Source: Minisyncoccota bacterium
GTDB lineage: Bacteria > Patescibacteriota > Minisyncoccia > Phycocordibacterales > Phycocordibacteraceae
Direction: 5' to 3'
Length of the DNA stretch: 58,673 nucleotides
Assembly (NCBI GenBank): GCA_018062445.1
Contig: JAGOSG010000002.1
Span: forward strand, 1-58,673
This document shows, one piece after another, positions 28,474 through 37,954 of the stretch. The notes beneath the pieces were generated by a model. The model made no database searches. It was given only the letters and a program-made list of their open reading frames with translations, and had not been told where the DNA came from. A program made the translations under genes and the position numbers. The stretch's first letter is position 1. Every line of letters begins with the position of its first letter.

Positions 28474-31400
28474 TCAAAAAAGAAAATTCAAAAGCTTAAA
28501 GGATTTCCATAAGTCATTGTATACCCCCCGAATAAGGCGGAAGAAATCCCTCTGTTGAGAAAGGGCGCCGAAAGCTGAAGCTGTCTGCGTGGTAACGGGA
28601 GTTTTTTGAATAGACTGTTTTTCTGGCTTCTTAGTTGGTGTCTCTATATTCTTTATTGGTAGAACCTGAAAAGTTTCTACCAGCGTAGTTGTTGCATGAG
28701 CTTGTGTTGAAGTAGATTCATAAAAAACAGCGACTGTGCTGGTGCCAGCAACAATACCTATAGGGGTATTCCAAATAGGTCCTCCTCCAGTGGGTACGAC
28801 GACATTCTCAACCGAACTTTCTTCAGGCACTTCAGGTTCAGGTTCTTCATAGATTACAGTTTCCCCAACTAACGGCTGAAGTGTAATATCGATTACCCCA
28901 TCACCGTCTTCATCAACTTCAAGGAGTGATGTGCTCTCAATACCATCTCCTATGTTTAAGGTAACTAGTGTATTTTCAGTTGTGGGTATGTTGGCGAGAA
29001 TAGTTTGCCTAGTTACACTACCCCCTTCAACTTCTTGAATATCGAGCGAGAAGGTTCCTACATCAAGTCCATTTAATACAAGCCGATACTCTGGACCTTG
29101 TGGAGCAATGATGTACTGCACATCTCCAAACTCTCCGTATTCAACATCAGGAATTTCTTGGTCAAATGAGCCATCTGCATTGTGCCCAACATGATTTCCA
29201 GATGAGTCATACAGCTCGAGCGTAAGTGGAGAGTGAAGAAAGAAGCGAAGTTTTTTTGTTTGCTCTGCTGGAGTGGGTTGCTCTATTTGAACATAACTAG
29301 TAAGAGCCTTTGTTTCATCAAGAATGTTTTTAATAAACTGACGCAATTCAGAGACTTCCAGAATATTTCCATGATCACTTGGATTATCTCTATGGTCATT
29401 ATTATAGTCTTTTAAGTCCACCCAATATCTCTTCACATTTTCAGTACTCGTGCTCATCATGAGAGCGCTCGGAATAGGTACGACTCCATCACCGTCTTCA
29501 ACAAAGAGTGGGCGATATGCCTTTGGGTTAAGAGCAGTGAAGGCACTCACCTGTGGTGCATCATAAAATTCAATACCTGCCACAGTATCTTTCCCCCACC
29601 CAGCGATTTGATACAGGGTGATATTTTCTGGTGGCACCCACACATCAAGGGTTTCATGGAGTAAATGCGCATAATCAACAAGAGTCGAATTCAAAACATT
29701 TGCTCTGCCAATTTGTCCTGAAAGAGGTTTTTCTCTTCCTCCATCTCGCGCAAGTAAAAAATCACCAAGCTCTATTTGATTACCAATGACTAATCCATAC
29801 GCAGTTCGCTCTTTCTCAAGAGCTCTTTCACCACCAAAAATAACGACAGGGTGATTAATGTCTTTCGTGTCATCGAAATATCTTTGTGACGGGAGCAGGT
29901 GGTAGCCCATCGGGGAATTCTCTGCAAACTCACGAGCAACGGAAGCCTTCACTACGAATGGAAAAAAGTCCGGTATCCCCTCTCTGTAGCCGTACAGGAG
30001 CGAACCAATACTTTGTGGTGCCCCGCTTTGCGGAACACCCACCAAAATAATCTTATCTACCAACTTTTGAGCCTCTACATCTCCAAGCTGTTCTAGTAAT
30101 GCTTTCGTTACTAATCCACCATTTGAATGCGCCACAATGGTCACTTTTCCTGTTTGCGATTGTGATGCAAGTGCTCGGAGCGTCTGAGTAATATAGGGCG
30201 TTGAGGTGGCCGTGCCATAAAAAATCTTTCCATCAACTTCGGCACCATTTGCAAGAATATCGTCCAAAGAAAGGCGCCAGTCGTATGCAACAGACTGCCA
30301 GTCTTCTATATCTCCACTACTCTCCAGAGCATCCATATCAGCAATGAAAGATTTGTAATAATCCTTTCCTCCTGCTGAATCAAGAACGCTCCCCTCTTTC
30401 ACATATACATTTCCGATGCTCTTGCCGTTTGAATCGAGTGACATGCCTCGCACATCATCGTTTCCTTCAAACAAGTCCGGTTCCCATAACTTATTTTCCG
30501 AGCCATCAGTCTCCACATAGAGACGGCTCCCTTTAATGCCAGGCAAAAACAGGACACTCGAACAGCACTTCTGAAACTCAGTTGGAGAAAATGGCGTGGT
30601 TTGAATAATGGAGGCATCTCCATCAATGGTGCCGTAGAAAGAAACATATGTTGAATCGTCAGGTATATCTCCTGCACACCCAACACAAGAGAGTGCAACA
30701 TCGTTTTCGTCGTCCCACAACACAAAGTGGGTCGACGAGGTCATACGAAATGAAAAATAGCGGATGTACGGCGTGAAAGTGGTATCGGGCGCCAGTGATG
30801 AATAGTCGGGTGCATTTGTCACACACAAATCACCAACTACCAAGACTGAGGTACGAAAAGCTCTACCATCGTTATAGGGAGTCTTCAATCTCAAATGAAC
30901 ACGAAGTAACCCGTCTACATACTCTGCACTTTCTGATGAGTCAAAATAATACCCGCTTGCACTCCCTGCACTGCAGGGAGTGGGTGTATCTATTGTGTTT
31001 TGAAATGAAGGGGGCTCTGCATCTTTTTGTATGTTCAGAGTTTTTGAGGTAAAAACACTCCCACCATTATCTATAGTTCCTTCAAAAGCGATTCTCGTAT
31101 AGAGAGGTACTGCGGGTATGTCAAAGCCAGTCACAATTGCTTCATTTTGATCATCCCATACATCAAAGTGCTCGCCAGAACTAAAACGAATACTCCAATT
31201 CGTCACTCCAGTAGGCAGACTTATAGAAACAAACGAGCTCGTGGAAGTTAGCGGATTACATTCATCGTCGAGATATGACCAACGAAGGCTAAAAGAACGC
31301 CCATCTGCATATTCAGGTAAATTATGAAAACTATAAATCAAATAGTCACCGTCTGAGTACTGTACATTTTCGTACGAATCAAAAAAATAACCGCTGGCGG

Positions 31401-31503
31401 AAAGAGAAGACAATCCACATGGTGCAGTGTCAGCAAATACTGGTATAGGAAAAAAGACAAGAACGAAAAATAGAACGACAATGGTCGCCACAGTTCTCTT
31501 CAC
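28474..31503 (-). CDS. Large secreted alpha/beta-hydrolase (LCAT/PGAP1-like lipase or acyltransferase)
   Basis: Signal peptide, two SASGY(F/Y)FDS repeats, VLFLPGIKGSRL, YDWRL, nucleophile elbow AHSNGG, GDGVVP, HGNI, DEDGDGVID Ca-binding-like motif. Confidence 0.78.
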   Translation of the reverse strand: MKRTVATIVVLFFVLVFFPIPVFADTAPCGLSSLSASGYFFDSYENVQYSDGDYLIYSFHNLPEYADGRSFSLRWSYLDDECNPLTSTSSFVSISLPTGVTNWSIRFSSGEHFDVWDDQNEAIVTGFDIPAVPLYTRIAFEGTIDNGGSVFTSKTLNIQKDAEPPSFQNTIDTPTPCSAGSASGYYFDSSESAEYVDGLLRVHLRLKTPYNDGRAFRTSVLVVGDLCVTNAPDYSSLAPDTTFTPYIRYFSFRMTSSTHFVLWDDENDVALSCVGCAGDIPDDSTYVSFYGTIDGDASIIQTTPFSPTEFQKCCSSVLFLPGIKGSRLYVETDGSENKLWEPDLFEGNDDVRGMSLDSNGKSIGNVYVKEGSVLDSAGGKDYYKSFIADMDALESSGDIEDWQSVAYDWRLSLDDILANGAEVDGKIFYGTATSTPYITQTLRALASQSQTGKVTIVAHSNGGLVTKALLEQLGDVEAQKLVDKIILVGVPQSGAPQSIGSLLYGYREGIPDFFPFVVKASVAREFAENSPMGYHLLPSQRYFDDTKDINHPVVIFGGERALEKERTAYGLVIGNQIELGDFLLARDGGREKPLSGQIGRANVLNSTLVDYAHLLHETLDVWVPPENITLYQIAGWGKDTVAGIEFYDAPQVSAFTALNPKAYRPLFVEDGDGVVPIPSALMMSTSTENVKRYWVDLKDYNNDHRDNPSDHGNILEVSELRQFIKNILDETKALTSYVQIEQPTPAEQTKKLRFFLHSPLTLELYDSSGNHVGHNADGSFDQEIPDVEYGEFGDVQYIIAPQGPEYRLVLNGLDVGTFSLDIQEVEGGSVTRQTILANIPTTENTLVTLNIGDGIESTSLLEVDEDGDGVIDITLQPLVGETVIYEEPEPEVPEESSVENVVVPTGGGPIWNTPIGIVAGTSTVAVFYESTSTQAHATTTLVETFQVLPIKNIETPTKKPEKQSIQKTPVTTQTASAFGALSQQRDFFRLIRGVYNDLWKSFKLLNFLF

Positions 31504-31567
31504 ATATACATCTTTCCCCTTCTAAGAAAATGCGCCACCCAATCCATCGTAATTAAGTGGAAAACCT

Positions 31568-31609
31568 CGATATAGTATAACTTAACGATCGTTAAATTAT
31601 ACTATATTG
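31568..31609. promoter_or_regulatory. 42-bp imperfect palindrome, site 3 of 3, 65 bp upstream of the lipase-like gene
   Basis: cgatatagtataacttaacga|tcgttaaattatactatattg; contains TATAAT on the minus strand. Confidence 0.75.
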
Positions 31610-31692
31610 TTGTGTTTGTGATTAATATGTAGAGATATATGCATGCGTACCCAACTAACACTAGCGCTCACCTCATTTAACGAAATTAGGCA

Positions 31693-32214
31693 CTAGTGAG
31701 TGGAGAAAACGCTATTTTTTATGAGAGTGTAGACCTCTTCTGGATTCAAGTTAGTGGTATCTATCACTGTCGCTCCTGATCTTTCTTTTCGAAACTGCTC
31801 TGAGCTCTCCCACAGCTCTTCCACCTTTTGGGGGGTGAGTAGACTATCAGCACTGTATCCCCTCTGTGCTGCACGCTCGATTACCTTGCCCTTCTCTGCA
31901 GTCAACACAAACTCATGAATCTCGGCGCCGTACTTTGCTCCGAGTAGCGTTATGGCATCAAGGATTTCTGGCGCATCTAGAAGAACTTTATCGACAATGA
32001 CACTATTGCCAGTTTTCAAATACGACTCAATGGCATCCGTTGTGTATTGGTATGCAAGCTTCAAACTCTCATCTGTGTGCTCCTTGTATGCACTAATGAA
32101 TCTCCGCCATACATCAACCTCCACCAAAAGTGATAGTGGAATTTCTCTATGCAGGCGTTCTGCGACAGTAGACTTCCCCACTCCCGACGGCCCATTTATG
32201 AGTATTAGTTTCAT
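31693..32214 (-). CDS. P-loop kinase (AAA_33/NMP-kinase-like)
   Basis: LILINGPSGVGKST Walker A, ERAAQR lid. Confidence 0.8.
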   Translation of the reverse strand: MKLILINGPSGVGKSTVAERLHREIPLSLLVEVDVWRRFISAYKEHTDESLKLAYQYTTDAIESYLKTGNSVIVDKVLLDAPEILDAITLLGAKYGAEIHEFVLTAEKGKVIERAAQRGYSADSLLTPQKVEELWESSEQFRKERSGATVIDTTNLNPEEVYTLIKNSVFSTH

Positions 32215-32250
32215 AGCTCCTGAAGACCACTGCCCTCAAGCATAGCCCGC

Positions 32251-32709
32251 CTACTTTTTATTCTCAACCAGATCAATCGCCCGCTTACCGTAAAACGCAA
32301 CATTGCTTTGTAAATCCTCCATTCCATCAATATCCTCTTTGGTGCACCATCTCCATTCGTCAGTTGCTTTTTCAGGAACAATTTCATCGGTGTTTGTAGT
32401 GGCGAAATAAATCAACGAGATGTGTTGGTGTGTATCAGAAATGCTGTGACGATTCATTGAAATGGGTGGGATGAGTTCTTTTATTTTTGCATCTCCTTGA
32501 TATTCTCTTGTGTCATAAAGTTCTACGGTGAGCCCCACTTCCTCTTGTACCTCCCGGAGTGCCGCTTGATTGGGATCTTCATTAAGTTCAATGTGCCCAC
32601 CAACAGAAAGCCAAATACCGTATTTGTCGTGCTTTCTTAAAAGGACTTTGCCTTTGAAGACTACAAACACCTCAACAGTAAAATCAATTTGCTCGTGTAG
32701 GTGAGGCAC
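32251..32709 (-). CDS. NUDIX hydrolase
   Basis: GGHIELNEDPNQAALREVQEEVG Nudix box. Confidence 0.9.
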   Translation of the reverse strand: MPHLHEQIDFTVEVFVVFKGKVLLRKHDKYGIWLSVGGHIELNEDPNQAALREVQEEVGLTVELYDTREYQGDAKIKELIPPISMNRHSISDTHQHISLIYFATTNTDEIVPEKATDEWRWCTKEDIDGMEDLQSNVAFYGKRAIDLVENKK

Positions 32710-32714
32710 GATTT

Positions 32715-33401
32715 TTATATTTCAATAGTAGCTGATATCGGTAGATGATCAGAGCCTTTTGAATTCTCTACTTTTGAAGTGATAGTTTGAACATCTGGGC
32801 TCGTAAAAATATAATCCAACCGTATGTCTACTTTCTGTGGGTTACAAACAGGACATCCTTCAGGGTACACGCTCCACGTAGGAGCTGAGGTAGTGTCTGT
32901 ATCGGTAAGTACTGAGTGCATTTTTTGTACAGCCACACTTTCAGGGGTTGCGTTAAAATCCCCCATCACAACTGCTTTTTCCGGAGGAAGAACCCGTAAC
33001 AAGTTTTCCGCCTGCAATTCTTGAACGCTAGAGGGCTGTTGATGTGTGTGAAGAAGGTGAACGGAAAACACATGTATTGTTTTTCCTTCCACAGAAATGT
33101 CAGCTTGCACGGCAATGCGCTTATTTTCGTCAGAAAGCACATGAACCACATTGCTTATTATTGGGTATTTACTAAAAACAGCATTACCCATTTCTTCCTT
33201 CTCACCACTTGAAAGCCTTGCAGGAGCATATACATGTTCGTAGCCGAGCGATGTCAGAAATTCAATTATTGGAATGCTTTTACTAAATGGAAGAACTTCC
33301 TGAAGGCCAATAATGTCTGCCTCTGAGGATTTTAGAAATTGTGCAATTTCATCAAAATGTCCCTCGTCCCAAATATTCCAAGAAATAACTTTTAATTCCA
33401 T
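32715..33401 (-). CDS. Endonuclease/exonuclease/phosphatase family protein
   Basis: ISWNI, DIIGLQEV, MGDFN, RLDYIF, SDHLP. Confidence 0.9.
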   Translation of the reverse strand: MELKVISWNIWDEGHFDEIAQFLKSSEADIIGLQEVLPFSKSIPIIEFLTSLGYEHVYAPARLSSGEKEEMGNAVFSKYPIISNVVHVLSDENKRIAVQADISVEGKTIHVFSVHLLHTHQQPSSVQELQAENLLRVLPPEKAVVMGDFNATPESVAVQKMHSVLTDTDTTSAPTWSVYPEGCPVCNPQKVDIRLDYIFTSPDVQTITSKVENSKGSDHLPISATIEI

Positions 33402-33410
33402 ATAGTTATA

Positions 33411-34007
33411 TTAAGGTTTACGGTAAAAAGAGAGAAGGTTCATCATCAACATTATAAGCGAGGCTACGGCAATGAGTCCATAGTATTCTACAACCCACAC
33501 GACTAAGCCCGATTTACCCATCAACTCCATATATGTCGGATCGGAGGTACTAACAAGATCTGGAATAAGTAACCCAAAAAAATGAATAAAAATACCCAGC
33601 GTAAAGAGTGTGAATAAAAATACTGCGGTACGAATGAGCAAATCTATTCCTGCCGACCGGGGGTTAATGAGTATCTTGAGAGTACGCACCACGAGCACTC
33701 CCAACATGAACGCACCTAGCACCCACTGAGAAAAGACCATTGTTATAACCACCATGAATAGTACATAAAAAGCGAAGAGTGAGAGGACAATGCGAGTACC
33801 GAATTTCTCTCGAGCATGCGCAGAGAGCATGCCAGCGCTATGTATTGCCAAAAACTCGCTCACCATCCAGAACTCAAAACTCTGACCAAGAAATGTTGTG
33901 TACAGAGCGGGTGACTGTAATGCAAGGTATGCCGTTACTGCAGTACCCATATAGAGGGCAATCTCTACTAAGGAACTAAGTGTGTCCTTGAACTTTGAAT
34001 ACATCAT
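33411..34007 (-). CDS. Hypothetical membrane protein
   Basis: About six hydrophobic segments; ATG at 34007 right after the upstream gene's stop. Confidence 0.65.
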   Translation of the reverse strand: MMYSKFKDTLSSLVEIALYMGTAVTAYLALQSPALYTTFLGQSFEFWMVSEFLAIHSAGMLSAHAREKFGTRIVLSLFAFYVLFMVVITMVFSQWVLGAFMLGVLVVRTLKILINPRSAGIDLLIRTAVFLFTLFTLGIFIHFFGLLIPDLVSTSDPTYMELMGKSGLVVWVVEYYGLIAVASLIMLMMNLLSFYRKP

Positions 34008-34011
34008 GTAA

Positions 34012-34923
34012 TTACCACGAACCACTTGCACCGCCACCGCCTGAGGACCCTCCACTAAAGCCACCACCTCCAGATGAACCACCACCCCATCCTGAACCAT
34101 TCCTACCACCGCCAATATACCAAGGTGGAGTAAGTCCATGATCTACATGTTCTTTGTATACTTTTGATACGAAATAGTCATAGAGGGCACCTAATACTCC
34201 GAGAACTACCGAAGCCGTGATTCCAACGAGTAGTGATTCCGTCATATAGAAAAGAAACATACCGAGCCCAACACCGGCAACTCCACCAAACCACCACGAC
34301 TTTGAACGAGAAAGTATCGCCGCAAGAAGCATCAAAAACTGAGACAGGAATATAATTCCAAACATACCGAACATCCCAACACCAAAGACCGTTCCAATTA
34401 AATCAAGGAGTGGGTTTGTGTCTTGCGCAGAACTAACAAATACCTCACCTTCAGCAACGTGCTCGAGCGCCTGCACTCCAGCAATCACACCACCGTCATA
34501 ATCACCCAGTTTAAATGCTGGTGTGATTAGCTCCTCTATTATTTGACCGGCAGTAATGTCAGGCACTACACCCTCGAGCCCATACCCTACTTCAATGCGC
34601 ATCTCGCGTTCGTTTGGCGCCACAAGTAGTAAGAGACCGTTGTTTGTTTCCTCTTTTCCTATCCCCCACTCACGAAACAATTCGTTTGCATATGTTGCGA
34701 CATCATCGCCATCGAGAGAATTCACGGTCACCACAGCAATTTCTATCGTGGTAGATGCTGTGAACTGTGCGAGTTCCGACTCAAGCATACTCTCTGTCTC
34801 TGGAGAAAGAATTTCTGCAAAATCAGTGATGTATCCGTCCGAACTACCTGGAGACGTATACGCAAACACACTTCCTGGTACCAAGAGGAGAAACATGGCC
34901 ACTGCGGAGAGGAAGCGTTGCAT
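34012..34923 (-). CDS. TPM-domain (YgcG-like) membrane protein
   Basis: ITDFAEILS, EIAVVTV, NELFREWGIG, MRIEVGYGLEG, Gly-rich tail GGGFSGGSSGGGGASGSW. Confidence 0.9.
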   Translation of the reverse strand: MQRFLSAVAMFLLLVPGSVFAYTSPGSSDGYITDFAEILSPETESMLESELAQFTASTTIEIAVVTVNSLDGDDVATYANELFREWGIGKEETNNGLLLLVAPNEREMRIEVGYGLEGVVPDITAGQIIEELITPAFKLGDYDGGVIAGVQALEHVAEGEVFVSSAQDTNPLLDLIGTVFGVGMFGMFGIIFLSQFLMLLAAILSRSKSWWFGGVAGVGLGMFLFYMTESLLVGITASVVLGVLGALYDYFVSKVYKEHVDHGLTPPWYIGGGRNGSGWGGGSSGGGGFSGGSSGGGGASGSW

Positions 34924-34955
34924 GAAATGATTTTTAGAATTGTTATATTCGCCCG

Positions 34956-35573
34956 TCACGGGAGTGGCGTATTGAAAGTAGCTAGCACTCGGAATTTCTT
35001 GGTTTTGAGACTATACACAACTATACCCCCCGCATCTACGCCCGTCCCTGAATTAACAATGTTTCTTACCGTAACGGTAACCTCACCGCGTGCATACCTG
35101 GGCGAGGTGTCATTCATTACAAAAGCGTAGTCACTCTCTGGTACTGACGGCTTACCCTCCACCATATCAAACGAGGGAACGTAGTTTACCAGTACCGTTT
35201 TCAGCGTTTCTCCATCACACGTTAGATTTAACGCACCGCCCGATGAAGATATTGAAGCACCAATGTCACCAGCACAAACAAATTGCGTGTTGCCTTGGTT
35301 GAAGAACAGAAAAACCGGCGCCACGGCAACAACTAAAGCGATTAGACTAAAAAGTAGCGAGAACGATTTTTTTCGCTTTAGTAGATATAAGGCAAGTAGT
35401 ATTGCTCCAAAGGTAACTATCGAAGACGCAAAAAAAGAAAGCGCCCACACGCGTATTGAAGGATCGGGATTGGGACTATCCACAACAACCGTCATTAAAA
35501 ATGCCATAAGCAGTCCTACCGACGCTGACATGCCAGCTACGACATTCAAGGCAACAACAAGAAAACTATTCAT
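34956..35573 (-). CDS. Hypothetical membrane-anchored protein
   Basis: Three N-terminal TM segments and a soluble beta-rich C-terminus; co-oriented in the lemA-TPM operon. Confidence 0.65.
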   Translation of the reverse strand: MNSFLVVALNVVAGMSASVGLLMAFLMTVVVDSPNPDPSIRVWALSFFASSIVTFGAILLALYLLKRKKSFSLLFSLIALVVAVAPVFLFFNQGNTQFVCAGDIGASISSSGGALNLTCDGETLKTVLVNYVPSFDMVEGKPSVPESDYAFVMNDTSPRYARGEVTVTVRNIVNSGTGVDAGGIVVYSLKTKKFRVLATFNTPLP

Positions 35574-35611
35574 GCGTTACTAATGAATAGGAGTAAAAAA
35601 CGACGCATGGA

Positions 35612-36199
35612 TTAGAAGTTCACCTGCGGAGTATTCTCACTTCCCGTAACTGCTTCAAAGTATGCCTTTGGAACAAATCCAAAAAGTGAAGCAACGAGCG
35701 AATTCGGGAAAGTTTTAGTACTTACATTGTATGCTTGTACCGCACTATTGAAATCCTTGCGTGATACTGCAATACGGTTCTCTGTTCCTTCAAGCTGTGT
35801 CTGGAGTCCACGGAAACTTTCGGTTGCTGTGAGAGCTGGATAGTTTTCTGCAATCACAAGAAGCTTACCAAGAGCACCAGAGAGCCCTGTCTGTGCTTGT
35901 TCGTATGCAGCAATATTCTCCGCAGTGAGTTTGGTTGGGTCAATCTGAATACTCGTTGCTTTTGCGCGAGCCTCGGTGACTACAAGAAATGTATTCGTTT
36001 CAAATGCGGCTGCACCCTTTACAGTAGAAACAAGATTGGGTACGAGATCACTTCGACGTTGATAGTCTGCTTCTACCTGTGCCCATGCAGAAGTTACCGC
36101 TTGATCTTTCTGTACGAGACCATTAAATGAAGCGAGTACGAAAAGTAGTAATGCAACAACAACTACTCCAGCGCCAATCAAAAGTTTTGAATTTTTCAT
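35612..36199 (-). CDS. lemA: LemA family protein
   Basis: AWAQVEADYQRRSDLVPNLV, ENYPALTA, QLEGTENRIAVSR. Confidence 0.92.
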   Translation of the reverse strand: MKNSKLLIGAGVVVVALLLFVLASFNGLVQKDQAVTSAWAQVEADYQRRSDLVPNLVSTVKGAAAFETNTFLVVTEARAKATSIQIDPTKLTAENIAAYEQAQTGLSGALGKLLVIAENYPALTATESFRGLQTQLEGTENRIAVSRKDFNSAVQAYNVSTKTFPNSLVASLFGFVPKAYFEAVTGSENTPQVNF

Positions 36200-36359
36200 A
36201 CTCAAAATTGTAGCATCTCTTTTTGTGCTCTATCGTTAAACGATTCCAGACATTCAACGCCTATAATAAGCGTGTTTTACTTCGACCCCACCAACTTCAG
36301 GTGTTGCCTGAAACAATTTCTGCTTCATACAGTGAGCGTAGCAAAAAACATATACCAAA

Positions 36360-36887
36360 TTATGAAAGACGACGGGAATTGAATTCACGCTCGCGCTCAC
36401 GGGGCATTTTTGCTTTTACTAATTCCCCGACCTCATTGAGTACAAAAATAGAGTCGAAACCGTCTGATATCTGCGGGGGAAATTCTTTAAGATGTCGAAC
36501 TCGCCCATCAAATAGTTTTCGAGTTGTCTTTTCTTCAGCACTCCGTGCTTGCACACGCTCCCACGCATGTTCTTCTGGAGTATCAACAAATATTCCTTGT
36601 ATTCTCTTCACACCGTTCGCCCGCGCGAATGCAATAAGCTCTCGTCGATATCCATTGAGAAAAGTACCGTCAAGGACTACAGTCTTACCTCTACGATAGA
36701 GCTCGAGCATGTGTGAGCCGATATGCTCAAACACTTCCGGAGTAGATGACTCCGCACGACTAAGGCCGAACGCCTCTCGAACGGTGTCGAAACTTATATA
36801 TTCATAGGCATACTTTTGAGCAAGCTTGGTGAGATTTGTCGATTTGCCAGAGCCTGGAAGCCCCATTCCTACCATCAGTTTTGCCAT
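36360..36887 (-). CDS. P-loop kinase (AAA_33, polynucleotide-kinase-like)
   Basis: MVGMGLPGSGKST, VVLDGTFL. Confidence 0.8.
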   Translation of the reverse strand: MAKLMVGMGLPGSGKSTNLTKLAQKYAYEYISFDTVREAFGLSRAESSTPEVFEHIGSHMLELYRRGKTVVLDGTFLNGYRRELIAFARANGVKRIQGIFVDTPEEHAWERVQARSAEEKTTRKLFDGRVRHLKEFPPQISDGFDSIFVLNEVGELVKAKMPREREREFNSRRLS

Positions 36888-37155
36888 ACGCCTACCCTAA
36901 TGTACTTAGCGGGAAGAAACAAGGAAACGGGTAGTCACTCAAAAATTCTCGTCTTGGCGCCTTGCGGGGCGTCCGCGACGCGAATTTGCACTTAGGACTT
37001 CTTGGTGCCATATCTATGGCACTGGCGAAGAGATCTTAAGCTTTTTTATAGTGGAACGCTTCGCGTGCAATGCATCATCTTGGTGATTAGGAAATCATCC
37101 GCGATGTGAATTGAAGCTTTTTATAAAGCTTCGTTTTCTAAAAACATCAATTCAG

Positions 37156-37226
37156 CTGCGGGACCTGGACTCGAACCAAGATAGCCTCCTCCAGAGGGAG
37201 GTGTCCTACCATTAGACGATCCCGCA
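37156..37226 (-). tRNA. tRNA-Gln(CTG)
   Basis: Cloverleaf TGCGGGA...TCCCGCA, anticodon arm CCTCC-CTCTGGA-GGAGG, T-loop TTCGAGT; CCA not encoded. Confidence 0.93.
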
Positions 37227-37235
37227 ATTCTTAAC

Positions 37236-37274
37236 TAGCTTTCAAGCTTTCAGCTTCTAGCTGTTAGCTTTTAG
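37236..37274. repeat. Degenerate heptamer tract (NAGCTNN) upstream of tRNA-Gln
   Basis: tagcttt c aagcttt cagcttc tagctgt tagcttt. Confidence 0.7.
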
Positions 37275-37299
37275 AGAATACTATGGAAACAAAGCAGAT

Positions 37300-37908
37300 T
37301 CAACGCGGAACAGAAGTGGGTTTTAGGATGGCTCGTCTTCTGAAAAGGCAGATGCCTATGACAATACTATTGAGGGTGGCGCTCATCGCAAGATACACAA
37401 CCGTGAGGAAATTGTATTGAGCAAGGGCTACAAGTCCAATGAGCGCTGTCACCGTGAAAAGAAGCCACGAAGCTAGAGATTCACTCCATGGCTCTTCCAG
37501 TACTTTGCGGATGGTAGGCACATACCCAAAGGCATCAATTGCTGTAACCATGAGAATCGAAAGAAGAGGAGCATTGAGTTGCCACCACACAAGAATCGCA
37601 AGAAGAGCAAGCACCAAGAGCGTTACGTCTCCTTTCGTAATATTTTTTGTTCCATATTTAAAAGAAAGAAGAAAAACCAAAAATGTAAGCACCGACCATA
37701 AGGCAAGCAGTAGAACACCATATCCCCCACCTCCGTACCACCCACCAACAGCGGCAGTGCCCGTGGTAATCGCCCAAATAAGCCAGGTGTATGGATGCGG
37801 TGTTGTCTGCCGAAGAACCATGCTTCGTATATAGGGTATGTACGACACTACACCAAAAATGAGCACCAGAATGGTAGCTATAATTTTAAAATCAGGAAAC
37901 AGAAACAT
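37300..37908 (-). CDS. Hypothetical 7-TM membrane protein with two PQ-loop-like repeats
   Basis: YIPYIRSMVLRQTTPHPYTW and YVPTIRKVLEEPWSESLASW. Confidence 0.65.
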   Translation of the reverse strand: MFLFPDFKIIATILVLIFGVVSYIPYIRSMVLRQTTPHPYTWLIWAITTGTAAVGGWYGGGGYGVLLLALWSVLTFLVFLLSFKYGTKNITKGDVTLLVLALLAILVWWQLNAPLLSILMVTAIDAFGYVPTIRKVLEEPWSESLASWLLFTVTALIGLVALAQYNFLTVVYLAMSATLNSIVIGICLFRRRAILKPTSVPR

Positions 37909-37954
37909 ATCGTCAGTATATCCTCAAAGATGAGAAGCTTTCTTCTCTCTTTCC

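Noticed and set aside
25262-31609. Conjugative element or prophage
   Set aside because: No relaxase, VirB4/T4SS genes, integrase or phage structural genes, and the VirD4-like protein has degraded motifs.
33411-34139. 242-aa ORF as given in the track
   Set aside because: The first 44 codons overlap the Gly-rich tail of the TPM gene in another frame; the real start is probably 34007.
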